Source: a virus (taxonomy: Duplodnaviria > Caudoviricetes). Taken from it: 34,461 nucleotides of DNA. This document shows positions 9,395 to 17,535 of the stretch, piece by piece. A model generated the notes under the pieces. It worked only from the letters and a program-made list of their open reading frames with translations, was not told the DNA's origin and did not search any database. Where the stretch lies: positions 1 to 34,461 of the IMG/VR virus record IMGVR_UViG_3300022407_005896. One strand, written 5' to 3'. A program made the translations under genes and the position numbers. Every line of letters starts with the position of its first letter. Within the stretch, counting starts at the first letter, position 1.

Positions 9395-9398
9395 GGCG

Positions 9399-9554
9399 TT
9401 AGGAGGGCAGGTGGTAGCGGCGGCGCACATCGCGGCGGCGGTTGCGGGCACTGCGGCGCAGGGCCTTGTTCACAGCGAGAGCCAGTGCGGCGAGGGCGGC
9501 TGTGATGGGCAGCCAGATGAGCGCGAGAGCGAAGTAGTAAGAGGGATCGTGCAT
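9399..9554 (-). CDS. 51-aa membrane peptide with Arg-rich tail (absent from the ORF track)
   Basis: Hand translation MHDPSYYFALALIWLPITAALAALALAVNKALRRSARNRRRDVRRRYHLPS; fills a gap in the operon. Confidence 0.65.
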   Translation of the reverse strand: MHDPSYYFALALIWLPITAALAALALAVNKALRRSARNRRRDVRRRYHLPS

Positions 9555-9559
9555 GGTCG

Positions 9560-9594
9560 TGAGGTCAGTGAGGTCAAAGGGGTCAGTGAGGTCA
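9560..9594. repeat. 9-nt period GAGGTCAGT tandem repeat (related copy at 10625-10640)
   Basis: gaggtcagtgaggtcaaaggggtcagtgaggtca. Confidence 0.8.
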
Positions 9595-9789
9595 CGCGGT
9601 TGGGCCGATGGGGAGGTGAGCCCATCCGATCACCTTGGTGCGAACGAGTGAGGAGCTAGCCCAGCGCCAGACGTGGCCGTCATGGAAGGCTTCACCCACG
9701 CGGTCATGGTGATCGCAGAGCAGCACGGTGATTTCGGAGTCCGGCAAAGACTTATCCGTGATCCAATGAATGGTTTCGGTATTCTTCAT
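9592..9789 (-). CDS. DUF551-like small phage protein
   Basis: IHWITDKSLPD..VLL..VIGWAHLP. Confidence 0.7.
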   Translation of the reverse strand: MKNTETIHWITDKSLPDSEITVLLCDHHDRVGEAFHDGHVWRWASSSLVRTKVIGWAHLPIGPTA

Positions 9790-9791
9790 GA

Positions 9792-10022
9792 TCACGCGGC
9801 GGGTTTGAAGTTCGGCACCTGCGGGCGGCTAGGCGCATGACGAGCGAGCAGCCGCTTGATCGGCTGGGTGGTTTGAGCCGTGCCGCTTTCGGTGATGATG
9901 CGGCCTGATTTGGCGGCCATCGTGAGAAGGCCGATCACCGCGTGATCAAGGAAGAGAGAACCGGGGAAGGGATGGCTGACGAGCTGAGGCTCTGCGGCTT
10001 GGGGTATGGGACTGGCTTGCAT
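9792..10022 (-). CDS. Hypothetical protein
   Basis: Fits the operon; stop abuts the next gene. Confidence 0.55.
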   Translation of the reverse strand: MQASPIPQAAEPQLVSHPFPGSLFLDHAVIGLLTMAAKSGRIITESGTAQTTQPIKRLLARHAPSRPQVPNFKPAA

Positions 10023-10055
10023 GGGGCGGGTGGTGTTCGGGTTCGTGTTTGGGGT

Positions 10056-10577
10056 TCACGCCACGGCCTTCGGGCTCGGGGCGACTTGGGGGAAAAGGTC
10101 TGAATTGGGATCGAAGGGGATGACGTTCCCCACAGCGGGCTTGGTCTTCTTGGCGGTCTGCTGCCGCGCTTCGATCACTGTGGCCCCGCTGGCGATGCGT
10201 TGGGCGAAGGCCTCCCACTTCGGCAGGATCTCGCGGATGCTCTCCATCAGCAGCGTGCGCGGGTGCGTGTGGGTGATGAGATGGGCCAGCACCGCGCTGG
10301 CGGTGAAGCGCCAAATGTGCTTCTTGCCGCGCTGCCGCGTGATGAGATTGGGGCAGGTACCTTGGCCTCCCTCACTCAGCCAGCGGGCTTGGCGCTTGGC
10401 GTTCTCACTGGCGATGCGGTCGTTCCTCGAGATCCATGAGCATTCGATTTCCCCCGTGATGCAGAGCCGGTGCAAAACGGCGCTGCTGCAATCGAGCACA
10501 TAAGCCACATCCTTCGTGCCCAGCTCGTGAGACGAGCGGGTGACTTCGAGGAAACGTAAGAGGCGGGGATCGTGCAT
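10056..10577 (-). CDS. HTH (excisionase/MerR-like) DNA-binding protein
   Basis: LGTKDVAYVLDCSSAVLHRLCITGEI...WRF; start placed at ATG 10577. Confidence 0.65.
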   Translation of the reverse strand: MHDPRLLRFLEVTRSSHELGTKDVAYVLDCSSAVLHRLCITGEIECSWISRNDRIASENAKRQARWLSEGGQGTCPNLITRQRGKKHIWRFTASAVLAHLITHTHPRTLLMESIREILPKWEAFAQRIASGATVIEARQQTAKKTKPAVGNVIPFDPNSDLFPQVAPSPKAVA

Positions 10578-10587
10578 GGGGAGCGGA

Positions 10588-10620
10588 AATGAGGAAACCA
10601 GAATGAGGAAGGACGAATGA
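10588..10620. repeat. Heptamer-period dispersed repeat (AATGAGG/AAACCAG family)
   Basis: aatgaggaaaccagaatgaggaaggacgaatga. Confidence 0.85.
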
Positions 10621-10636
10621 CGGGCGGTCAGTGAGG

Positions 10637-10834
10637 TCAGATCCACTCGCCGCGACCGAAGGCGACGGAACAGCCCGTGCGTGGGTCGATGAGCGCAATC
10701 AGGCCGTGGACAGGAGTGACGTTGTGCAGGCTGCCAGAGGTGAAGCGGTGACCACTCGTTGTGGTGTAGTCGATCAACAGCTTGATCGGGTGAGCGAGGG
10801 GTCGGTTGGTGAACTGGATGGCGGGGGTTTTCAT
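10637..10834 (-). CDS. Hypothetical protein
   Basis: 65-aa ORF in the early operon. Confidence 0.6.
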   Translation of the reverse strand: MKTPAIQFTNRPLAHPIKLLIDYTTTSGHRFTSGSLHNVTPVHGLIALIDPRTGCSVAFGRGEWI

Positions 10835-10840
10835 GATGGA

Positions 10841-11023
10841 TCAGGCGTCGAGTTGCTCTTGAAGGGCGGCGAGATCGGTGAGGAGCTGCTCGGCGCGGTT
10901 GTGGAGATCGGGGCGGTCACGGGTCGAATCGGCCAGGGCCAGCTCGTCGATGATGCGGGTCATGCTGCGCTCGCAGCCTTCGAGAAGCTCCTGCGCGAGG
11001 ATGAGATGGGGATTACGGGGCAT
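10841..11023 (-). CDS. Hypothetical small helical protein
   Basis: 60-aa ORF in the early operon. Confidence 0.6.
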   Translation of the reverse strand: MPRNPHLILAQELLEGCERSMTRIIDELALADSTRDRPDLHNRAEQLLTDLAALQEQLDA

Positions 11024-11070
11024 GGGGTTTGTCGTGGAAAGTCGTGGTTATTTCGACACGCGTGCAAAAA

Positions 11071-11316
11071 TCATGCAGCGATGCCGAGGTCACCCTTGAG
11101 GAGGGAGCGGACGTAGGCGCTGAAATTGTTGTCGTGTTTCGCCTCGGCCTTTTTGAGGGCAGCGCGGTAGAGGCCGGGATCAAGAGCTAGGGCCGCAACC
11201 ATGCGGGCCTTGATCGGTTTGATACGACGACGCCCGGAAAGGGGCGCGAGAGTGGTGGCAGGCATGGCGGGTTTGATGCGGGGTTTGGAGGCTTGAGTGC
11301 GTGCGGTTGTTTTCAT
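11071..11316 (-). CDS. Ribbon-helix-helix regulator in the Cro/Ner position
   Basis: ALALDPGLYRAALKKAE..NNFSAYVRSLLKGDL; first gene of the early operon. Confidence 0.75.
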   Translation of the reverse strand: MKTTARTQASKPRIKPAMPATTLAPLSGRRRIKPIKARMVAALALDPGLYRAALKKAEAKHDNNFSAYVRSLLKGDLGIAA

Positions 11317-11351
11317 GTGGCGTGTAGGTGGCCGGTTTGTGGCGCGGCGCT

Positions 11352-11379
11352 ATAATGTCGAAAGAGTTTATACGTGCAA
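11352..11379 (-). promoter_or_regulatory. Putative early promoter TTGCAC-16-CATTAT; TTTATAC repeats at 11367 and 11397
   Basis: Sigma70-like hexamers in the AT-rich switch intergenic region. Confidence 0.5.
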
Positions 11380-11490
11380 GCTCGAATGATAAATAATTTA
11401 TACACGAAGTCCCAAAAGACGAAAAGCATTCCCCTTGCAGCCAAGGGTAGGGCGTCGAAACTGCCTCGACATCGTTCCCGCTTTTCCCTC

Positions 11491-11733
11491 ATGGCTACCC
11501 TTCGCAAACCCGCCGCTGTCAGCATGGACCCGCTCCTTTTTGAGCGGGCCAAGGAGCGTGCGGTGGCACTCGGGTTTCCCACATTCTCAGCCTACGTCAC
11601 ACAGCTCATTCGAGCCGACATCCTCGGCGGCGGAGAGATGAGTGTGCGGGAAGGGGCCATCACGCCGCCTGTGACGGAAAGCCGCCGCGAGGTGCTGTAT
11701 CAGAAGATCAAGAAACTGGCGCAGGAGCTTTAA
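11491..11733 (+). CDS. Ribbon-helix-helix regulator in the repressor position
   Basis: AVSMDPLLFERAKERAVALGFPTFSAYVTQLIRADI; divergent from the early operon; ATG 11491. Confidence 0.75.
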   Translation: MATLRKPAAVSMDPLLFERAKERAVALGFPTFSAYVTQLIRADILGGGEMSVREGAITPPVTESRREVLYQKIKKLAQEL

Positions 11734-11754
11734 ACCATCAACGAACTGCCTCCC

Positions 11755-12120
11755 ATGAAGCCCTTCCAGCGTCTCAGCCTCATCATCATCGTCTCTTCGC
11801 TGCTGCCTACGTTCGCGGTGGTGTGGTCGCGTTGCAATGAGAGCCGGGAGAGCGCGGAAGATAAGATCGCTATGGCAGAGCTTCGCCTCACTGTAAAAGC
11901 TCTAATCATCGACCGGGCAGCCGAACCAGAAAAAGGGGATGAGTATGTCGAAGCCAAACTTTCTCGATGGCTTTCTGATCATCCAGGGCATCCATGCGCG
12001 GCCCTCATTCGAGAGCCTTTGCGTCGTATGCGGGAGGAACATCCAAATCTCCGCCCCTACCACTGCGGTGCAGTTGAAGCGGCGGCACGGGCTATTGTTG
12101 GAGCTGATACACCTCCTTGA
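11755..12120 (+). CDS. Membrane-anchored hypothetical accessory protein
   Basis: N-terminal hydrophobic helix; more AT-rich codons than the core phage genes. Confidence 0.6.
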   Translation: MKPFQRLSLIIIVSSLLPTFAVVWSRCNESRESAEDKIAMAELRLTVKALIIDRAAEPEKGDEYVEAKLSRWLSDHPGHPCAALIREPLRRMREEHPNLRPYHCGAVEAAARAIVGADTPP

Positions 12121-12183
12121 CCTGGCTGACATCATTCACCATCCTTCACCACCAACGACAACCCTTCACCTTCCTCCAACCTT

Positions 12184-12639
12184 ATGAAAACCATCTCGCT
12201 CATCCTCCTCTCGCTCAGTGCCATCTCGGTTTCTCTCCCGGCTCAGACCGCCGCTGAAAAAGCCGCTGCCATGAAGGCCTCCGAGATTCGCAACCTCAAG
12301 ATCCATGAGGCCAAGAAAGAGGTCATGGCTCAGGCCGTGCGGTTGTTCGTGCGAGTCAAAGAGAGTGTGCCGGAGGGGCTGCGCTGTGAATGCCGTGAAG
12401 TGGTGCTCGTGCCGACGAATAAGCGAAACCTCGACGGCTCTTACATCTGCACGGAAACCGCCAGCAAGAAAAGCCGTCCAGACATCTTGATTCTAGGGGA
12501 GAAGCCGCACCCCGAGGGTGCTGAGCTGATTCCGCTCACTTTGTATCCCATGCCAAAGCCGATGGGGATGAAAGGCAAGGCCTTGTGCTACGCGCTCAAA
12601 GCGGACGTGGCAGCGGAAGGGATCGTGGCCGCGAAGTAG
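12184..12639 (+). CDS. Secreted/periplasmic hypothetical accessory protein
   Basis: Sec signal peptide MKTISLILLSLSAISVSLPA-Q. Confidence 0.7.
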   Translation: MKTISLILLSLSAISVSLPAQTAAEKAAAMKASEIRNLKIHEAKKEVMAQAVRLFVRVKESVPEGLRCECREVVLVPTNKRNLDGSYICTETASKKSRPDILILGEKPHPEGAELIPLTLYPMPKPMGMKGKALCYALKADVAAEGIVAAK

Positions 12640-12659
12640 AACAACGTGCTTCCTCCTTC

Positions 12660-12688
12660 ACCGCGCTCCTCACGGGCGCGGTTTTTTT
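12660..12688 (+). terminator. Rho-independent terminator closing the repressor operon
   Basis: ACCGCGCTC-ctcac-GGGCGCGGT followed by a T-tract. Confidence 0.85.
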
Positions 12689-12722
12689 ATGCCTGCGAAG
12701 CTCGGAGGCTCTGACCTCGAAT

Positions 12723-12770
12723 TAACGGCGCTTCCGGCGGCGTGAAGTCAGGCCCGTGTGAGGCCAGGCT
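12723..12770 (+). promoter_or_regulatory. Late promoter motif copy 1 (lysis operon)
   Basis: TAACGGCgcttcCGGCGGCGTGAAG then CAGGCT; motif repeated at 20755 and 25384. Confidence 0.7.
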
Positions 12771-12908
12771 CACCTCGCTCCCGCATGGGGCAGCCTTGGA
12801 AACAAGGCGGCGCGGCGTGGGCGTGGTTTTCTCGGGAAGTTTTTCCGCGATCCGCGCCGCGCCGAATGCGGGAAAGATCAAAGCTGAAAGATCAAAGATC
12901 AAACCATC

Positions 12909-13751
12909 ATGCAAACCATCCTCCGCCACTTCATCACCGCCCTGGGCGGTGTTCTCCTCGTCGATGTCACGAACACGCAGAGCTTCGTCTTCGGCCTCGC
13001 GTGCCTCTTCTTCACCTGGCTGTGGAGCCTCGCCTCCAAACTCGAATGGACGGAAGCCATTCATGTGAGTGATGAAATGAAGTCCGTGGCGAAGAAAGCC
13101 CTGGCCGCGCTCGTCTCGCAAGGCCTCGCAGCGCTCTCCGGTTACATGCTCGCGCATGGCTTCGAGGGAGATCCGAATGATCCGGCGGCGGTGATGCTCT
13201 TCCTCGCGAACCTCGGAGCCTCCCGCATGGGATGGCATCAAAAGGCACTCGGCATGAAGCCGGTGCTTCTCTTTGCCCTTAGCTCTTTGCCCTTTGCTCT
13301 CAGCTCCTGTTCGAGCACGTCTCAAGACGCTCTGAAAAAGCGTCTCGAAGCCGCTCTCGTGAGTGCGGGGCGTGAAGTCTCTGCGGTGGCCTTGGAGAGT
13401 ACCATCACCACGCTCCGCCGTGAGCTGGCCCTGCTCGAAGCGAAGCCCGTCGATGAAGATCCGATGCAGCAGCTCCTCGATCAAAACCGCATCAGCGCCA
13501 TCAAGGCGGCCATTCGTCTCGGTGAAGAACGCCTCACCAAGCTCCGCAGCTCGAAGGCCGTCATCGAGGTTAATCCGGTCAGCAGCGTCACAAACGGAGA
13601 AGGATGGCACCGCAGAGATTGGAAGGTCGCGGAGGAGTCCAGAGGTTTGCTGGCTTCATCTTCCCCCCGTCTCCAAGTCTCCAAATCCCCGCGTCTTCAA
13701 CTGCCTCTATACGCGCCGCAGGTCGTCGCTCATTTATCAGCGTCTCATTAG
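12909..13751 (+). CDS. Holin-like membrane protein with internal lipobox and coiled-coil C-terminal region
   Basis: ILRHFITALGGVLL plus several TM helices; MKPVLLFALSSLPFALSSC at 13254; upstream of the endolysin. Confidence 0.6.
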   Translation: MQTILRHFITALGGVLLVDVTNTQSFVFGLACLFFTWLWSLASKLEWTEAIHVSDEMKSVAKKALAALVSQGLAALSGYMLAHGFEGDPNDPAAVMLFLANLGASRMGWHQKALGMKPVLLFALSSLPFALSSCSSTSQDALKKRLEAALVSAGREVSAVALESTITTLRRELALLEAKPVDEDPMQQLLDQNRISAIKAAIRLGEERLTKLRSSKAVIEVNPVSSVTNGEGWHRRDWKVAEESRGLLASSSPRLQVSKSPRLQLPLYAPQVVAHLSASH

Positions 13752-13765
13752 CGTCTCATCAGCGG
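13736..13765. repeat. 11-nt tandem repeat spanning the stop codon (8-nt period repeat also at 13659-13698)
   Basis: atcagcgtctc attagcgtctc atcagcgg. Confidence 0.75.
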
Positions 13766-13794
13766 TTTAAAATCCCCGAACACTCCCACGCTCC

Positions 13795-14370
13795 ATGAAC
13801 CTCACCCCTGACCAGCTCGCCACCGCCATCATCCGGGAAGCCTCGCGCTTCATCGGGCTGCGTGAAGTGCGGCCCAATGCAGACTGGAACAATCCTTCCA
13901 CGCCTGGCCCGGATAGCGTGCTCGTGAATGAGCTGCGGGCTATGATGCGGCCTTCTCCCTGGCAGCCGGGATGGGCTTACTGCGCGGCCTTCGTGGAAGG
14001 GATCGTTGTGCGGGCGCTCAAAGAGCACGCCTCGAAGTTCGCCGCCCTCTTTGGGCCGCACTGCATGACGAACGTGCGAGCCTTCAAACAACGGAAGATG
14101 CTCAATCCACTGCCGGTGCCTGGGGCCATCTGGCTGGCTCGCCATGGCGAGACGGATCAAGGCCATGCGGGCATCGTGACCACCACGGGCACGCTGACAC
14201 GCTCCATGGCCACCATCGAAGCAAACACCTCGCTCGATCCCAGCACGCCAAGCCAGGAACGGGAGGGCGATTGGATCACCACCCGCATGCGCAAGATCAA
14301 CGGCGCAGGCTCGCTGGTCACGCAAGGCTTCATCCATCCGGGTCACCTCATCCAGCTCATCACGAGCTGA
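13795..14370 (+). CDS. Endolysin, CHAP domain
   Basis: WAYCAAFV, GHAGIV, TIEANT. Confidence 0.85.
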   Translation: MNLTPDQLATAIIREASRFIGLREVRPNADWNNPSTPGPDSVLVNELRAMMRPSPWQPGWAYCAAFVEGIVVRALKEHASKFAALFGPHCMTNVRAFKQRKMLNPLPVPGAIWLARHGETDQGHAGIVTTTGTLTRSMATIEANTSLDPSTPSQEREGDWITTRMRKINGAGSLVTQGFIHPGHLIQLITS

Positions 14371-14376
14371 TGAGCC

Positions 14377-14402
14377 AAAGCGGACGAGGGCGTCCGCGCT
14401 CC
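14377..14402. repeat. REP-like palindrome copy 1
   Basis: AAAGCGGACG-AGGG-CGTCCGCGCTCC; identical at 20649, one mismatch at 23912. Confidence 0.85.
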
Positions 14403-14407
14403 TATCT

Positions 14408-14443
14408 GCCATTCCTCATTCGCCATTCTGATTTCCTCATTCC
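14408..14443. repeat. Heptamer-period dispersed repeat
   Basis: gccattcctcattcgccattctgatttcctcattcc. Confidence 0.8.
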
Positions 14444-14451
14444 CTCCCCTC

Positions 14452-14970
14452 ATGCTCGCTGAAACCGACATCTCTGCCGTTCCCGCTGAACTCATCAAGC
14501 ATCTGCTCACGCTGGGCTTGGCGTTCGCGGGCGTGTGGTTTGCGAACAAGCGGGCGTCACGCGGCACAAAGGAAAGCCCGATCACAGTCGAACAGCCTCT
14601 CGATGTGCGAAAGCATGATGCCGCCGCGAAGGCAAGCGATGTGAAGCGTGTCGAAGTCGAGCAGGCGGCCATCAAGGCGGCCCTTGACCAGGTGAAGGCG
14701 CATTTTGATAACAAGCTCGAAATCGTGAAGCGGGAGATCACCACCGCAGGCCAAACGCGGGCCGATTCCATCATGGGCAAGATCGACCGCGAGATCGAGG
14801 CGATGCGTCAGAACACGGAAGCCCGCGTGCGAGAACTGCATGAAAAGATCAACGCCGTGCAGGTGGATAGCGCTTCACACGCTGCCCACATCGAAGATTT
14901 GAAGGTGAGAGACCACGCCCACGAAACGCAGCTCCTCACCCTCCTTAAGTCCGGCAACAAACCCCGTTAA
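14452..14970 (+). CDS. Mu gp25-like (DUF2730-like) membrane-anchored coiled-coil protein
   Basis: N-terminal TM plus coiled coil; located between lysis and terminase genes. Confidence 0.55.
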   Translation: MLAETDISAVPAELIKHLLTLGLAFAGVWFANKRASRGTKESPITVEQPLDVRKHDAAAKASDVKRVEVEQAAIKAALDQVKAHFDNKLEIVKREITTAGQTRADSIMGKIDREIEAMRQNTEARVRELHEKINAVQVDSASHAAHIEDLKVRDHAHETQLLTLLKSGNKPR

Positions 14971-14975
14971 ACACC

Positions 14976-15236
14976 ATGCGCTCCGCACTCATTCTTGCGC
15001 TACTTCAGCAACTTCACGCCATCCACCCCAACGGCATGCGTTCCGCCGATCTCTGCACCGGCGTCAAACTCATGGGCCACCCCAAAGAGACGCCGGAAAG
15101 CATCACGAGCATCCTGCATGACATGGAAGGCGTCGGCCTCGTGAAGAGCACGCCGGACCGCCTGGATGCCTCCGTGACCCTTTGGGCACGCACCGAGGCC
15201 GGGCGCGTCGAACTCGTCAAATACGGGCATGCGTGA
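14976..15236 (+). CDS. Mu gp26-like protein
   Basis: RSALILALL..LHDMEGVGLV..RTEAG; synteny. Confidence 0.6.
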   Translation: MRSALILALLQQLHAIHPNGMRSADLCTGVKLMGHPKETPESITSILHDMEGVGLVKSTPDRLDASVTLWARTEAGRVELVKYGHA

Positions 15237-15288
15237 CCGCCTGCGGCGGAATGACAAAACCAGAAACCAGAAACCAGAATCCTTTCGC

Positions 15289-15861
15289 ATGGCTCATAGC
15301 AAAACGAAGATCACCCAGGAACTCAGCCCGCAAGAGCTGGAGGCCTTCTGTGCCGAACTCGCCGCCGTGCCTCATGGAGACATGGCCGCGAAGATCATCG
15401 AGCTGGCGAAAGAGAAGGGCATCGAGATCGGGCGCAGTGCGGCCTATGAATTCAAGAACAAGGAAGCGCTGCCCTGGCTCCGCCGTTTGCAGCTCCGCAA
15501 GGAAAAGGCCCGCATGGTGGCCGAGGCCGGGGAGGATGACAGCGGACGCACGCTGGCCGATGCCGCTGCGGCTGAACTCGGCCAGATCGCCTTTGACATG
15601 GTCAGCGAGCTGGATGGCCAGATCGACATCACCACCGAGGAAGGTCGCCTTGTCTTTGATGCGGCCACCAAAGGCATCCATCGCCTCCGCACCGGAGACC
15701 GCGCCATGATCACACAGCTCCAGAAGACCGTGAAGGAACTCGAAGATCAACGCCGCGAGGCGGATAAAGCCTTGAAGGCGGCCAGCGGCAAAGAAGGCGG
15801 CATCAGTGACGAAACGATCAAGGCCGTGCGCCAGGCGCTCGGCATGAGCACAGAAGCATGA
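15289..15861 (+). CDS. Terminase small subunit (Mu gp27/DUF3486-like)
   Basis: SKTKITQELS..GIEIGRSAAY..GISDETIKAVRQALG; ATG 15289; overlaps the terL start. Confidence 0.8.
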   Translation: MAHSKTKITQELSPQELEAFCAELAAVPHGDMAAKIIELAKEKGIEIGRSAAYEFKNKEALPWLRRLQLRKEKARMVAEAGEDDSGRTLADAAAAELGQIAFDMVSELDGQIDITTEEGRLVFDAATKGIHRLRTGDRAMITQLQKTVKELEDQRREADKALKAASGKEGGISDETIKAVRQALGMSTEA

Positions 15862-17252
15862 ACATCATCACCCAGCCTGAAACCGAAGCCGCACGCGTGA
15901 AGCGCGTGGAGGCCGCCTACTGGCTGCCCACACAGGAGCGATGGATTCGCAGCAAGGCACGCTTCAAGCTGATGGCGAAGACACGCCGCTATGGTGGCAG
16001 CTATGCGAACAATTACACCATGGTTGAAAAGACCGGGCGGAAGGGGAACATCTTCGATGCGTGGATCGGCTCGCGTGATTTGCTGGCGGCTCGGCTCTCC
16101 GTGAATGACTGCAAGTTCTTCACACGGGACGTGCTCAAGATCGCCGCGAAGGATGCGCAGGAAGTCTTCATTGATGATGACCGCAAGATGAAGGCCTTCG
16201 AGATCGAGTTGGGCAATGGGCGCTTTGTGCGGGGCCTCAGCTCCTCGCCGGATGCCTTCGCGGGCAAGCAAGGCTGGATGTCGCTCGATGAGTTTGCCCT
16301 GCACAAGGAACCGCGCCAGCTCTACGGCATTGTGCAGCCTGCGCTCACGCGTGGGGGGTCCCTGAGCATCATCAGCACGCATCGCGGCACGGCGAATTTC
16401 TTCAACGAGCTGGTCAAGGAGATCAAAGAGAAGGGCAACCCGAAGCGCTTCGATTACTTCGAGATCAATATCGAGGAGGCGGTGAAGGAAGGCTTGTGGA
16501 TCAAGATCAAACAGACGCTCATCAAGAACGGCGTCGAAGATGAACGGCTCCCGTGGAGTGATGAGGACTTCCTGCGCAGCCTGCGCAAGGAGTGCGCCAC
16601 CGAAGAAATGTGGAGGCAGGAGTACATGTGCATGCCCTGCGATGACTCCGCCGCGCTGCTCACCTGGGAAGAGATCACCGCTGCCACACTCACGGCAGAG
16701 CAGATGCGCGCCATGAACATCCCCGCCGATGCGCCGCGCTTCGCGGGCATGGATGTGGGCCGTCACAACCACCCCTCCGTGTATTGGCAGTGGGCACTCG
16801 TCAATGGCTTGTGGATTGAGGAGATCGTCGAGCCCCTGCACAAGATGGACTTCGCCACGCAAGAGGCTCTCTTCATCGAGCGGGTCAGTGCTCGCAATGT
16901 TCGACGCGCCGCCATTGATGCCACCGGCCTCGGTATGCAGATGGCGGAGAATGCCGTGAAGGCCTGCCCTGGGAAAGTGATCCCTGTCACCTTCAATCAG
17001 CGCATCAAACTGGAGATGGCCGTCAAAGCGAAGCGGAAGTTTCAGGATCGCATCGTGCGGCTCACGGATACACCGAAGCACCATTACGAACTCTACAGCA
17101 TCAAGCAGAAGGCCGGGCACGGGGAGAGCATCGTCATCACCAGCGAGGCCGGACTCACTGACGGTCACGCGGACTATGCATGGGCCGGATTTCTGGGCCT
17201 GCATGCCGGGGATGAGTCCACCGCGCCCCCCCTCGAAATGATCCTGATTTAA
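15858..17252 (+). CDS. terL: Terminase large subunit (Mu gp28-like)
   Basis: KTRRYGGS, MSLDEFA, IISTH, QEYMC, GMDVGR, IDATGLG, GHADYAWA. Confidence 0.93.
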   Translation: MNIITQPETEAARVKRVEAAYWLPTQERWIRSKARFKLMAKTRRYGGSYANNYTMVEKTGRKGNIFDAWIGSRDLLAARLSVNDCKFFTRDVLKIAAKDAQEVFIDDDRKMKAFEIELGNGRFVRGLSSSPDAFAGKQGWMSLDEFALHKEPRQLYGIVQPALTRGGSLSIISTHRGTANFFNELVKEIKEKGNPKRFDYFEINIEEAVKEGLWIKIKQTLIKNGVEDERLPWSDEDFLRSLRKECATEEMWRQEYMCMPCDDSAALLTWEEITAATLTAEQMRAMNIPADAPRFAGMDVGRHNHPSVYWQWALVNGLWIEEIVEPLHKMDFATQEALFIERVSARNVRRAAIDATGLGMQMAENAVKACPGKVIPVTFNQRIKLEMAVKAKRKFQDRIVRLTDTPKHHYELYSIKQKAGHGESIVITSEAGLTDGHADYAWAGFLGLHAGDESTAPPLEMILI

Positions 17253-17535
17253 CCCCTTTTCCGAAACCCCGCCTTTTTGCCCTGAGACCCCGTTCCAGCC
17301 GCCATGACAGCCAAAGCACCTCACCCCCCTCTTAAAAACGCTCCCAGCCGCTTAAAAACGGCAGTGGTGGGCGGATCGTCAGCGGGTTTCGCCGCTCGGG
17401 GTCGGATGATCCATTCCCGCCCGCCGGGACGCATCCCGGATAGCATGCCGTTTTTTCCGCTGGTTCCGTGAGGGTTCATTCCTTCAACAATCAGCAATCG
17501 CCATTCCTCAATCGTCATTCCTTCCCCTGCCTGTC

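Noticed and set aside
11351-11356. Perfect TATAAT on the plus strand as the repressor promoter
   Set aside because: No -35 upstream; the same bases form the -10 of a better leftward promoter
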